Virus record (IMG/VR): IMGVR_UViG_3300025162_000016
Span: 62,001 to 126,000 of that record
DNA: 64,000 nt
Reading direction: 5' to 3' (one strand)
Made by a program: the position numbers and the translations under genes. Below the pieces are notes generated by a model. It made no database searches. It was given only the letters and a program-made list of their open reading frames with translations, and was not told where the DNA came from. This document shows, in pieces, positions 1 to 9,423 of the stretch. Each line of letters begins with the position of its first letter. Within the stretch, counting starts at the first letter, position 1.

Positions 1-573
1 ATTAAGGAAACGTGTCTGGAGAAATATGGTAGTAATACTTTTTTTGCCTCGGATTATGCAAAGGAAAAAATTAAAAATACATGCATGGAACGATATGGAG
101 TGTCCTGTGTTTTATTGCTCCCCGAAATAAAAGAAAAATCGAAGCAAACCAACATTTTAAAGTATGGAGTTGCACACCCAATGCAAAATTCAATAATTAG
201 AAACAAAGTAATGTCGGCTATAAATAGAAAGTCGTATAAATTACAACAATATATGACCATTTTTAACGATAATATTGTATATCAATCTCTTCCGGAACTT
301 GCATTTATTAAGCTGTGCGAATCGAGGGGACTTCGAATTTTAAATGGACCGGTTTTACCGTATATTTTAGATGAAAAAAACAGAATGTATTATTCAGACT
401 TTTTAATTTCCGACACGAAAAGTCAGCGAATAGTAGAAATTAAAAGAAAGCATGAATGGTGGTTTTCCGGATTAAAATCGGGAGAAATTAAAGCAAAAAC
501 GAAATGCGCAATAAAATTCAGTAAAGAAAATGGATATTTGCCGTATAAAATCATTTTCGAAAATAAGATATGA
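1..573 (+). CDS. Free-standing endonuclease (5'-truncated), KYG repeats plus PD-(D/E)XK-type C-terminus
   Basis: Frame is open from base 1 (IKETCLEKYG...KNTCMERYG). C-terminal YSDFLI..IVEIK motif. Stop overlaps the terminase-fragment ATG (ATGA). Confidence 0.7.
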   Translation: MKETCLEKYGSNTFFASDYAKEKIKNTCMERYGVSCVLLLPEIKEKSKQTNILKYGVAHPMQNSIIRNKVMSAINRKSYKLQQYMTIFNDNIVYQSLPELAFIKLCESRGLRILNGPVLPYILDEKNRMYYSDFLISDTKSQRIVEIKRKHEWWFSGLKSGEIKAKTKCAIKFSKENGYLPYKIIFENKI

Positions 574-905
574 GCAATTTTAAAAAAATATCGGATTGGG
601 AAGTATTAACTCCAAATGGGTGGAGCGAGTTTAAAGGGGTTCAGGTTCGTCAAAAAGATTGTTATATTAAAATGGTATTTGATGATGGAACAATTTTAGA
701 ATGTTCGGAAAATCATAAAATTAAATTATTAAATGGTAAATTTGAATATGTTAAAAACATTGAACTTGGCACTTCGATTTTAGCATTAAATGGAAATAAA
801 ATTTTAGTATCTAAAGAGAAGATTGATGGGGAAATTGATTTATATGATTTGATAGAAGTGAAGAAAAACCGGGAATTTTATTCCAACGATATTTTATCAA
901 GTAAT
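570..905 (+). other. C-terminal fragment (112 aa) of an atypically split intein
   Basis: Starts at Met with no block A. Has VLTPNGW, block B CSENH, block F LYDLIEV and ends ILSSN|C. Resembles the AceL/GOS TerL split C-inteins (from memory). Confidence 0.82.
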
Positions 906-3900
906 TGTGCATTTATTGAAAAGGCGGAAGAGATTTGGGCGGCAGCCCAGCCCACACTATCTTGTTTAGATAAAAATACACTTATTTTATCCGACATGGG
1001 TTTAATTCGTTTGGAAACTTTTATTAATAGCTCAACTAAACTGGAATTTAATCCTGTAAATATAAAAACACATGATGGCGATAATATGGTTGATGTTTCT
1101 TCTTTTTATAAATCCGAAAAATCGGATTTATATGAAGTGGAATTTGAAAGTGGTGGCAAGATTGTTGGAACCGAGAATCATCCATTAATGACAAAAAGCG
1201 GGTGGAAAACTATTGGGGATTTAAACGAAAATGAGGATGCTGTTTTATGTAAATATTCTCAAAATGTTTTTGGTTCATCTATAGATTATACTAAATTCAA
1301 TCCCAATATTAGGAAGGATGCTATTGTTTATAAATTCTCCAATGAAGAAATTGCTTATTTGTGCGGGATTTGGACCGCTGAAGGTCACATTTGTAAAAAA
1401 ACAGTTGGGATTACTAACACAGATAAAGAAATAACCGATTGGTTAAAAGAAAAAGGATTTAAATGTTATGATGATAGACATTATTATTTAAGTTCGGGTT
1501 GGGTGGTTAATCTTTTAAAATGGATAGGATGTGAAGGAACGGCTCATACAAAACGAATTCCGGAACGAATTCTTGCGGCATCCCAAGAAGAACAAATTGC
1601 GTTTCTTCAAGGATTGTTTGATGGAGATGGTTGTTCATTAGGTTCCAAAGGAATTAAACTTACATCGGGTTCATATGAACTGCTTTCTAATGTGAGAGTT
1701 GTTCTATTGAATATGGGAATAAATTCTTATATACGAAATGCAGTATGGAAATCAACAAAATCCACGGTTATTAAAGATAAAACTAGAATTTTCAGTGGGT
1801 ATGAATTACATATTGGAGGTTTTGACGCCCATTCATTTTATTCTACAATTGGGTTTAGAATTAAAAGAAAACAACTTGGCTGGCAAAAGTTATCAAGAAA
1901 ATCTATTAAACGGATTTTTCCAGATAAGACAATCGTTAAAAACTTAATTCTTGAAAGTGGGATGTCGGTTAGAAAATTTTCAAAAAAACACAAGTGTTAT
2001 TATGATAGATATTTATGGTATGAAGGAAAGGGATTAAGCATTACATCTGTTGAAACTTTGTTAGATGTAATGAATGGATTAAATACTTCCGAAAATTATA
2101 AATTATTAAAACAGCAATATGACAAAGACATATCAGAATATTATGATAAAGTAGTTTCTATAAAATTCTTAAGAAATGATTATAGTTATGATTTAAGAGT
2201 TCCTTCAACCGAAAAGTTCCTTGCTAATGGTTATATAAACCATAATACTGGTGGTAAAGCTATTTTATTATCATGCGTAACAAAAGATACTATGGTGTTA
2301 TCTTCAAACGGAATCTCGGAGATGGAAGATTTTATTGATACTTCAAAAACAGGGGGGTATCAGAGAAATGATTATGGGATTCTAGGAGTTGATAAAATAA
2401 GATACAGTAATTTAATATATAACAATGGCATTCAAGATACTTTAAAAATTAAAACCAAATTTTCGGAATTAGAATGCACAAAAAATCATAAATTGTGGGC
2501 ATTTAAAAAAGACACAAATTCATTTGGATGGTATAAAAGTGAAGAATTGGGAATAGGAGATTTCCTTTCAATGCAGATTGGTATGAATATTTGGGGAGAT
2601 TATTGTAAATTAAACGGATTTAAACCATCCACTTCGAATAAAATTCATTCTCCTTTTTGTCCAACCGAAATAACTACAAACCTTGCATATTTGTTTGGTT
2701 TATATATTGCGGAAGGCAGTTCATACAAAGTAAAAAATAAATTGGGAGAAATGGTTGGAGGCTCAATAACTATAACATGTGGAGATGATATATCTTGGGT
2801 GTTTGAAACATTAGGATTATTTTATAACTGTTGGGATGGAATACATTATACTGTTTCGAACAAAAACCTACTGGAATTATTTGAGTATGTTGGGTTCGAT
2901 TTGTCTTTAAAAGCAATAAATAAAAAGATACCAAAAAATTTATTGAAAATGAGCCGTGAAAATATACGGTGGATGTTGAAAGGAATATTTGATGGCGATG
3001 GGGGTGGAACAAAGAATATCGTTCAATTAACGTCTACGTCCAAAGAATTAATAAAACAAATTAGGTTTATTTTAATGAATTTTGGAATATTATCCGGAGT
3101 GTGTAATCATTCCAAAGAAAAAATGAACTCTTATCGGGGAAAGATAAAGCATAATAATGGTGCATTGGTTTTAGAAATGAATGGAAGAAATGCTTTAAAA
3201 TTTTACAATGAGATAGGATTTAATCTAGAACGGAAACAAAAAAATAAATATAAATTATCTTTATCCAATTTAAAAAGAGCATGTAGTCACGATGTCGTTC
3301 CAAATACTTTATCTTTAATTAAATTATTAATCGATAAAACGTCACTTAATGGAAAAGAACTTTATGAAAAAACGGGATTATTTTTAAATGGATATTTGAA
3401 TAAAAAAACTCCTTATAAAACATCGCACCTTTCACGTCAAGACGTCCTGTTTTTGTATTCGCTTTTTGGGAATTTCCTTTCTGATGTAGAACAAACCAAT
3501 TGGAATAGAATATTAAAAGAGAATATCGTATGGTGTGAAATTAAAAATATAGAGTCTTCAAAAAACGAAACTTTCGATTTCTCACTACCACAAAACGATG
3601 AGGATTTTTGGTGTCATTCAGTTATTTATAATGGATTTATTGGTCACCAAACTCCGAATGGCGTGGGTAATTTCTTCCATAAAATGTGGGTTCAAGCTGA
3701 AGAAAATAGAAGTAAATTCTTCCCGATTAAACTTCCATGGCATTTGCATCCGGAACGAGATAAAAATTGGCGAGATGAACAGGATAGAGTTAGTGAAAAT
3801 TTAAAAAAGACCGCACAGGAATTGGATTGTGATTTTCTGAGTTCTGGAGCGACAGTTATTGATTTGGTTCTGTTGGCATGGTTTAAACAGACCTATATGA

Positions 3901-4706
3901 AAGATCCGGTGGAGAAACGTGGAATTGATCAAAATTATTGGATTTGGCAATATCCATCTTACACTACGGATACTAGCTATGCAGTAGCCGCAGATGTGGC
4001 AAGGGGCGACGGAGAAGATTTTTCATCATTTCATGTTTTAAATGTCAAAACAATGGAACAATGTGCTGAATATAAAGGACATATTTCAACTAAAGATTTT
4101 GGAAATATGTTGGTTTCGGTGGCAACCGATTATAATAATGCTTTACTTATTGTAGAACGAGAAGGTCCGGGATGGGCAACTTTACAGCAAATTATTGATA
4201 GATCATATCCCAATACCTTTTATGGATCTTCGGATTTAAAATATGTAGACGTAGAACAACAAATGACCAATAAATATTATACTGAAGACAAGAAATTAGT
4301 GCCGGGATTTGCGACTACCCTTCGAACTCGTCCGACCATTATTTCAAATCTCTGTCAATATTTTGTGGATAAATCCATTACAATATATTCCAAAAGAACT
4401 TATTCTGAATTAGAAGTATTTATTTGGGAAAATCATAAGCCGCAAGCGGCTAGAGGGTATAATGATGATTTAGTTATGGCGCTGGCGATTGGAATCTGGG
4501 TAAGGGATACTGCGCTTAGACTTCAAATGGAACGAACTAATCTTACTAGAGCAACATTAGATCAAATCGTAGTTAAAAAAACATCCGAAACCCCGATGTA
4601 CAAAATAGGCCCACAGCGAGCAAAAGATACATGGTCAATGCCAGTGGGACCAACTAAATCTCCATGGGGCTCAAAAAACGAGTCCCTGACGTGGCTTTTA
4701 GATTAA
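570..4706 (+). CDS. terL: Terminase large subunit, C-terminal part, with three inteins
   Basis: Exteins join as CAFIEKAEEIWAAAQPTLS-TGGKAILLS-TPNGVGNFFHKMW (post-Walker B and coupling motif). Nuclease domain has AADVARGDGED and YNDDLVMALAI. Confidence 0.92.
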   Translation: MSNFKKISDWEVLTPNGWSEFKGVQVRQKDCYIKMVFDDGTILECSENHKIKLLNGKFEYVKNIELGTSILALNGNKILVSKEKIDGEIDLYDLIEVKKNREFYSNDILSSNCAFIEKAEEIWAAAQPTLSCLDKNTLILSDMGLIRLETFINSSTKLEFNPVNIKTHDGDNMVDVSSFYKSEKSDLYEVEFESGGKIVGTENHPLMTKSGWKTIGDLNENEDAVLCKYSQNVFGSSIDYTKFNPNIRKDAIVYKFSNEEIAYLCGIWTAEGHICKKTVGITNTDKEITDWLKEKGFKCYDDRHYYLSSGWVVNLLKWIGCEGTAHTKRIPERILAASQEEQIAFLQGLFDGDGCSLGSKGIKLTSGSYELLSNVRVVLLNMGINSYIRNAVWKSTKSTVIKDKTRIFSGYELHIGGFDAHSFYSTIGFRIKRKQLGWQKLSRKSIKRIFPDKTIVKNLILESGMSVRKFSKKHKCYYDRYLWYEGKGLSITSVETLLDVMNGLNTSENYKLLKQQYDKDISEYYDKVVSIKFLRNDYSYDLRVPSTEKFLANGYINHNTGGKAILLSCVTKDTMVLSSNGISEMEDFIDTSKTGGYQRNDYGILGVDKIRYSNLIYNNGIQDTLKIKTKFSELECTKNHKLWAFKKDTNSFGWYKSEELGIGDFLSMQIGMNIWGDYCKLNGFKPSTSNKIHSPFCPTEITTNLAYLFGLYIAEGSSYKVKNKLGEMVGGSITITCGDDISWVFETLGLFYNCWDGIHYTVSNKNLLELFEYVGFDLSLKAINKKIPKNLLKMSRENIRWMLKGIFDGDGGGTKNIVQLTSTSKELIKQIRFILMNFGILSGVCNHSKEKMNSYRGKIKHNNGALVLEMNGRNALKFYNEIGFNLERKQKNKYKLSLSNLKRACSHDVVPNTLSLIKLLIDKTSLNGKELYEKTGLFLNGYLNKKTPYKTSHLSRQDVLFLYSLFGNFLSDVEQTNWNRILKENIVWCEIKNIESSKNETFDFSLPQNDEDFWCHSVIYNGFIGHQTPNGVGNFFHKMWVQAEENRSKFFPIKLPWHLHPERDKNWRDEQDRVSENLKKTAQELDCDFLSSGATVIDLVLLAWFKQTYMKDPVEKRGIDQNYWIWQYPSYTTDTSYAVAADVARGDGEDFSSFHVLNVKTMEQCAEYKGHISTKDFGNMLVSVATDYNNALLIVEREGPGWATLQQIIDRSYPNTFYGSSDLKYVDVEQQMTNKYYTEDKKLVPGFATTLRTRPTIISNLCQYFVDKSITIYSKRTYSELEVFIWENHKPQAARGYNDDLVMALAIGIWVRDTALRLQMERTNLTRATLDQIVVKKTSETPMYKIGPQRAKDTWSMPVGPTKSPWGSKNESLTWLLD
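963..2246 (+). other. Intein with LAGLIDADG endonuclease (428 aa)
   Basis: S|CLDKNT...YINHN|T. LAGLIDADG helices YLCGIWTAEG and FLQGLFDGDG. Confidence 0.93.
2274..3650 (+). other. Intein with LAGLIDADG endonuclease, Gln-terminated (459 aa)
   Basis: S|CVTKDT...GFIGHQ|TPNG. Helices YLFGLYIAEG and MLKGIFDGDG. Confidence 0.9.
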
Positions 4707-4756
4707 ATTCGCTATTTATACACAAGAAATATACACAGACAAAGAAATACAAATAT

Positions 4757-7723
4757 ATGGGAGAGCCAATTAAACAATTTGAAGATGATGTGGTAGATAT
4801 AAAGAAACAGTCTCTTTATGCTAGATTAAAACGACTATTTTCTACGGACGTAATTGTTCGTAATGTCGGCGGTAAGCAAATTAAGATTAAAGATACTGAT
4901 AACATCATGTATGCAACGGATCGCAATTCGTTGCGAGATAGATTTAATCGAATTCGAGCCACTTCGTATAATGCTTACTCAAGAGATTTTGCCCTGTCTT
5001 ATCAGGCCGCAAGAATGGATTTATTTCGAGATTATGATTGTGTCGGACCCGATACCATTATCCCATTGCCCGATGGTTCTCGTCCAACAATAAAAGAATT
5101 AACAGAAAAATATAAAGATAACCCACAGGAACGTTTCTTTGTATTTTCATATGACCACGGAGGCGACTCGATTAAATTAGGAAAAGCATATCACCCAAGA
5201 ATGAAAGGTCCACGTATTGGATTTAAAGTAACATTGGATAATGGTCAATATGTAATTGGAAGTATTAAACATCCGTTCCTAATGCGAAATGGTGAATATA
5301 AAACAATCTTTGATTTGAAAGTCGGTGAGTCAGTAATGCCATTTAATATAAATGATGATAGAATTTATAAATGTGTAAATGAGACCGAAATCGGGATGTT
5401 TTTCGTGATGTCAGCGGCATTAGAGGGAAATTATAATGTATCTCCTAAAATTGCATCCATTGAATGTATTGGAGAAATAGAAGTATATGATATGACCGTG
5501 GAAGAATATCATAATTTCGCTACTGATAGTTGTTTTGTATCAAACACAATGGATCAAGATCCCATCCTGGCATCATGTTTGGATATCGTGGCAGATGAGT
5601 GCCTTACTCTCAACGAATTAAAGGAAGTAATTGTTATTCATTCTAAAAACAACAATGTTAAGAAGATTCTTCATAATTTATATTATGATATTTTGAATAT
5701 TGAAGGTAACATGTGGTCATGGACTAGAAATTTATGTAAATACGGGGATTTCTTTTTAAAATTATATATTACTCCGGAATACGGTATTTACATGGTGGAG
5801 CCAATTTCTCCGTATAATGTTGAACGTATTGAAAATTGTGATCCCTACAACAAACGATATGTTAAGTTTCAACTTCGTCCTACGGATACTTCACAAGCCG
5901 AGATAGTAGAGAATTATGAAATGGCACATTTTCGATTATTATCGGATAGCAATTTTCTTCCATATGGAAAGAGTTATATAGAAGGCGCAAGGCGAGTGTG
6001 GAAACAGCTTTCGTTGCTCGAAGATGCCATGTTAATTCATCGTGTTATGCGGGCACCAGAACGCCGGATTTTTAAAATTGACGTGGGAAATATTCCTCCT
6101 AATGAGGTTGATTCTTATATGGAGAAATTAATATCCAAAGTACAGAAAGTTCCTTATATGGATGAACGAACCGGAGACTATAATCTTCGGTTTAATTTAC
6201 AGAATATGGTACAAGATTTTTATTTGCCGGTTCGGGGTGGAGACAGTGGAACCGCAATCGAATCTCTTCCCGGCATGGAATGGACAGGTATTGAGGATCT
6301 AGATTACGTTAAAAACAAAATGATGGCGGCTTTGAAAATTCCCAAGGCATTTTTAGGGTACGATGAGTCAATATCAGGGAAAAGTACTTTAGCTTGTATT
6401 GTTCCGGAAACAAAAATACCATTATTAAATGAGAAAATTAGTACTGTAGAAGAATTAATTAAAGATTATGATGCTGGTATTAAAAACTACGTGTATGCTT
6501 TTGATGAAGCAACTAAAAATATTGTTCCCGGCGAGATAGAATGGGCGGGATTTACTAGAATGAACACTGATATAGTTAGAGTTCACCTTGATAATAGTAA
6601 ATATATTGATTGCACACCGGATCATCGCTTTATGTTAAGAGATGGGACATGGGTAGAAGCGCAAACCTTAACCCAAGGACAATCATTGATGTCATTATGT
6701 TTATCAGAAAATATAGAAAACCATAAAGTAGTAAGAGTAGAGATATTGTCAGAAAAAAGAGATACTTGTGACATAACAATAAAAAAACATCATAATTTTG
6801 CAACATTGGCCGGAGTTATTATTCATAACTCGGAAGATGTTCGTTTTGCGAGAACGATACAACGACTTCAACGTATTTTAACTTCCGAGTTAAGTAAAAT
6901 TGCCATTGTTCATTTGTATGCACAAGGGTATAGGGATGAAGCATTAGTAGATTTTGAGCTTGAACTTACCAATCCAAGTACAATATTTGAGCGGGAGAAG
7001 GTTGAAATTTGGTCCGACAAAGTTGCAGTTGCAACTGATATGATGGAATCTAAACTATATTCTAAAGATTGGATTTATAAGAATATTTTCAATATGTCAG
7101 ACGACGATAAGACTGTAGTTGAAGATCAGATTATTGAAGATACTAAACAGAAATATCGCCTTACATCAATTGAAGAAGAAGGTAATGATCCGGCTAAACC
7201 TGCTCAAAAAATAGGGGCGGATGAACAAGATGGGGGAGGCGAAAGTGGAGGAGGTTCAGAGGGCGGATCGGATTTAGAAAGTTTAGGAGGCGGGCCTGAA
7301 GGCGGGGAGGGCGAAGGAGGAGGTGAACCTGGAGGCGGAGAGGGTGGAGGAGGTGAACTTGGCGGCGGGGCTCCTGGTGGGTTAAAAGAAGAAAAGGTTC
7401 AAGATCGAAGTGATAGAGATCAAAGCGATAGGGATCAAACTGGGTTAAAACATTCGGAGGATTATCCCTTTGGAGAGGATTATGATGGCAGATTAGGGAT
7501 GAAGTCCAAACCAGGTTCGGATCGTAGAATTCAATATAAACCACGGGATGTTCAATTCGAGGGGGTTCGTATAAAACCAACAATCGATAAAGGAGTCTTA
7601 AGCAATTTAAAGGCGTTTTTAGAAAAACCACTATTGCAAGAGCAAATCGAACTAAGGGAAGAAACCGAAAAAACCGGTAAAAGAAAAACTTTACTCGATG
7701 AAGGTAATATTCGAGATGAGTAA
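4757..7723 (+). CDS. Portal protein (T4 gp20-like) with two mini-inteins and a Gly/Glu-rich tail
   Basis: EDAMLIHRVMRAPERRIFKIDVGN, QDFYLPVRGG and ALKIPKAFLGY motifs. Start taken at ATG 4757 after a TATTTATA box. Confidence 0.93.
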   Translation: MGEPIKQFEDDVVDIKKQSLYARLKRLFSTDVIVRNVGGKQIKIKDTDNIMYATDRNSLRDRFNRIRATSYNAYSRDFALSYQAARMDLFRDYDCVGPDTIIPLPDGSRPTIKELTEKYKDNPQERFFVFSYDHGGDSIKLGKAYHPRMKGPRIGFKVTLDNGQYVIGSIKHPFLMRNGEYKTIFDLKVGESVMPFNINDDRIYKCVNETEIGMFFVMSAALEGNYNVSPKIASIECIGEIEVYDMTVEEYHNFATDSCFVSNTMDQDPILASCLDIVADECLTLNELKEVIVIHSKNNNVKKILHNLYYDILNIEGNMWSWTRNLCKYGDFFLKLYITPEYGIYMVEPISPYNVERIENCDPYNKRYVKFQLRPTDTSQAEIVENYEMAHFRLLSDSNFLPYGKSYIEGARRVWKQLSLLEDAMLIHRVMRAPERRIFKIDVGNIPPNEVDSYMEKLISKVQKVPYMDERTGDYNLRFNLQNMVQDFYLPVRGGDSGTAIESLPGMEWTGIEDLDYVKNKMMAALKIPKAFLGYDESISGKSTLACIVPETKIPLLNEKISTVEELIKDYDAGIKNYVYAFDEATKNIVPGEIEWAGFTRMNTDIVRVHLDNSKYIDCTPDHRFMLRDGTWVEAQTLTQGQSLMSLCLSENIENHKVVRVEILSEKRDTCDITIKKHHNFATLAGVIIHNSEDVRFARTIQRLQRILTSELSKIAIVHLYAQGYRDEALVDFELELTNPSTIFEREKVEIWSDKVAVATDMMESKLYSKDWIYKNIFNMSDDDKTVVEDQIIEDTKQKYRLTSIEEEGNDPAKPAQKIGADEQDGGGESGGGSEGGSDLESLGGGPEGGEGEGGGEPGGGEGGGGELGGGAPGGLKEEKVQDRSDRDQSDRDQTGLKHSEDYPFGEDYDGRLGMKSKPGSDRRIQYKPRDVQFEGVRIKPTIDKGVLSNLKAFLEKPLLQEQIELREETEKTGKRKTLLDEGNIRDE
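5039..5545 (+). other. Mini-intein in portal (169 aa)
   Basis: DYD|CVGPDT...VYDMTV..YHNF..CFVSN|TMDQD. Confidence 0.9.
6395..6829 (+). other. Mini-intein in portal (145 aa)
   Basis: TLA|CIVPET...CTPDH...VIIHN|SEDVRFART. Confidence 0.92.
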
Positions 7724-7792
7724 TCAAAGTTATAATAAATATACTCTTTTCAATGAGAAAGAGTATATTTATAATTAAGTCAAAATACTACT

Positions 7793-8698
7793 ATGCAGAT
7801 CCAGAAGAAAAAGCGGCATTCTAAGTTTAAAAATACTGGCATTCTCTTTGAACTATTGACACAGCAGTTAACCGCCGATATTGTCGGCGGTAAATCTGAG
7901 TCTAATGCAAAGAATTTGTTATTCAAGTATTTTAAAGAAAACACAGAATTAAGTCAAGAATGGAAGCTATATAGCACTCTTTTGACGCATAAACTCAAAA
8001 ATGAGGCACAGGCAGAACGAATGCTTAGTATTATCCTAGAAGCTCGAAAGAAACTTAGTAATAAAAAATTAAACCAAGAAAAATACGAATTAATAAAAGA
8101 AATAAAAGAAACCTATCCTTTGGATGACTTACTTAAAGCGCCGGTTCGAAATTATCGCATATTAGCATCCATTTATAAAATCTTCGAAGATAATATTTCC
8201 CGAAATATTAAATTCAATATCAATGAAGTATTTCAAGCTAAAACCTGTATAATAGAACATGTCATCGATAAACCAAAATCGATAATTAAAGAAACCGAAG
8301 ATGAACAACTTCTTAATACGTATAAACAACAATCTTCGGAAACTCGTCTTCTTGCATATGAATTTTTACTTGAAAAACTTAATGCAAAATACCATACTTT
8401 ATTGGACGATGACCAAAAAACAGTTTTACGTGAATATATTTATAATATAGCTAATACTAATTCTCTGGGAAATTTCATTAAAATCAAGGGGATAGAAGTA
8501 AAAACACAGTTGACTGAAATTGTTAAAAAGATTGAAGATAATGTTGCCCGAATTAAAGTAAATGAAGTAATTCATCAATTAAATAAAATAAGTCCGGAAT
8601 CTTCTAAAGTGCGTGATAGTCAGATTATGGTACTGCTTTTATCCTATGAACTTTTAAAAGAAGTTCGCAAACAATTGGGAATAACTTTACATGGATAA
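7793..8698 (+). CDS. Conserved helical head-assembly-region protein
   Basis: Long ORF between portal and protease, KRHSKFKNTGILFELL start, upstream TATTTATA box. Confidence 0.55.
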   Translation: MQIQKKKRHSKFKNTGILFELLTQQLTADIVGGKSESNAKNLLFKYFKENTELSQEWKLYSTLLTHKLKNEAQAERMLSIILEARKKLSNKKLNQEKYELIKEIKETYPLDDLLKAPVRNYRILASIYKIFEDNISRNIKFNINEVFQAKTCIIEHVIDKPKSIIKETEDEQLLNTYKQQSSETRLLAYEFLLEKLNAKYHTLLDDDQKTVLREYIYNIANTNSLGNFIKIKGIEVKTQLTEIVKKIEDNVARIKVNEVIHQLNKISPESSKVRDSQIMVLLLSYELLKEVRKQLGITLHG

Positions 8699-9029
8699 AA
8701 TAAAATTTCAAAGTTTAGTTCGGGAATGTATTAATGAATATTCTTCCCCAAAAGAGACAATTACTAAAACAGAGCTTAAAACGGTCATCAAAGAAACTAT
8801 TCGAACCATTTTAAATGAAATGGCAAATAAAGCGGAGGAAGAGGAAATTTTAGATGAAATGACTACAACGTCGGCGGTTGGTCCTATCAGTCTTCCCGGT
8901 AATGTCAGAGGAGGATGGGTATCGGGTAGAGGCGGCAGTCATCGAGGAGTAGCCGGATCTGCTGCTCTTGGATATGAACTTACCTCGATTGGTAAGAAAG
9001 ATATGAAACGTAAACAAGACCCGGTGTAA
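8691..9029 (+). CDS. Hypothetical, possible internal head protein
   Basis: Coupled ORF with several I/L-x-E motifs (CINE, ILNE, ILDE|MTTT). Confidence 0.45.
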   Translation: MDKIKFQSLVRECINEYSSPKETITKTELKTVIKETIRTILNEMANKAEEEEILDEMTTTSAVGPISLPGNVRGGWVSGRGGSHRGVAGSAALGYELTSIGKKDMKRKQDPV

Positions 9030-9034
9030 ATTAT

Positions 9035-9349
9035 ATGAAGAAAAAATTATTTGAAAGTTTAGGTGGTAATCAATTTAAAATAGCATCGCCACAACCAATG
9101 GGAATGATGGATGAGGTTTCCAGTGAACCCGCCACAGTTTCTTTAATCCGAGAAATAAGCAAGCTTTCCGGAGATGTAGCAAAATTACAGGAATTGCTCG
9201 AAGCCAGACAGCATACTGCGCCTCTAGCAGATAATTTCATTCAGTATTATATTGGAGAAATAACAAAGATAGATAAATTGATTTTGAAGGCTATCAATGA
9301 TGTCGATGACCAGAAATCTACAAATGATGATTCGCTGCCGCCCGTCTAA
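9035..9349 (+). CDS. Hypothetical protein
   Basis: ORF in the head operon. Confidence 0.45.
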   Translation: MKKKLFESLGGNQFKIASPQPMGMMDEVSSEPATVSLIREISKLSGDVAKLQELLEARQHTAPLADNFIQYYIGEITKIDKLILKAINDVDDQKSTNDDSLPPV

Positions 9350-9423
9350 TTGATGACAAAAATAAAAAGTAGATTTTAAAATAAAACTTAGTCGCATAAT
9401 TGAACAGCAGAACAGTCAACCGT

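Noticed and set aside
4664-4756. N-terminal extension of portal from 4664
   Set aside because: It overlaps the terL end and lies upstream of the TATTTATA box; ATG 4757 fits better.
7194-7727. 177-aa antisense ORF, and similar ones at 28048-28507 and 25216
   Set aside because: Shadows of Gly- or Pro-rich low-complexity coding on the other strand or frame.
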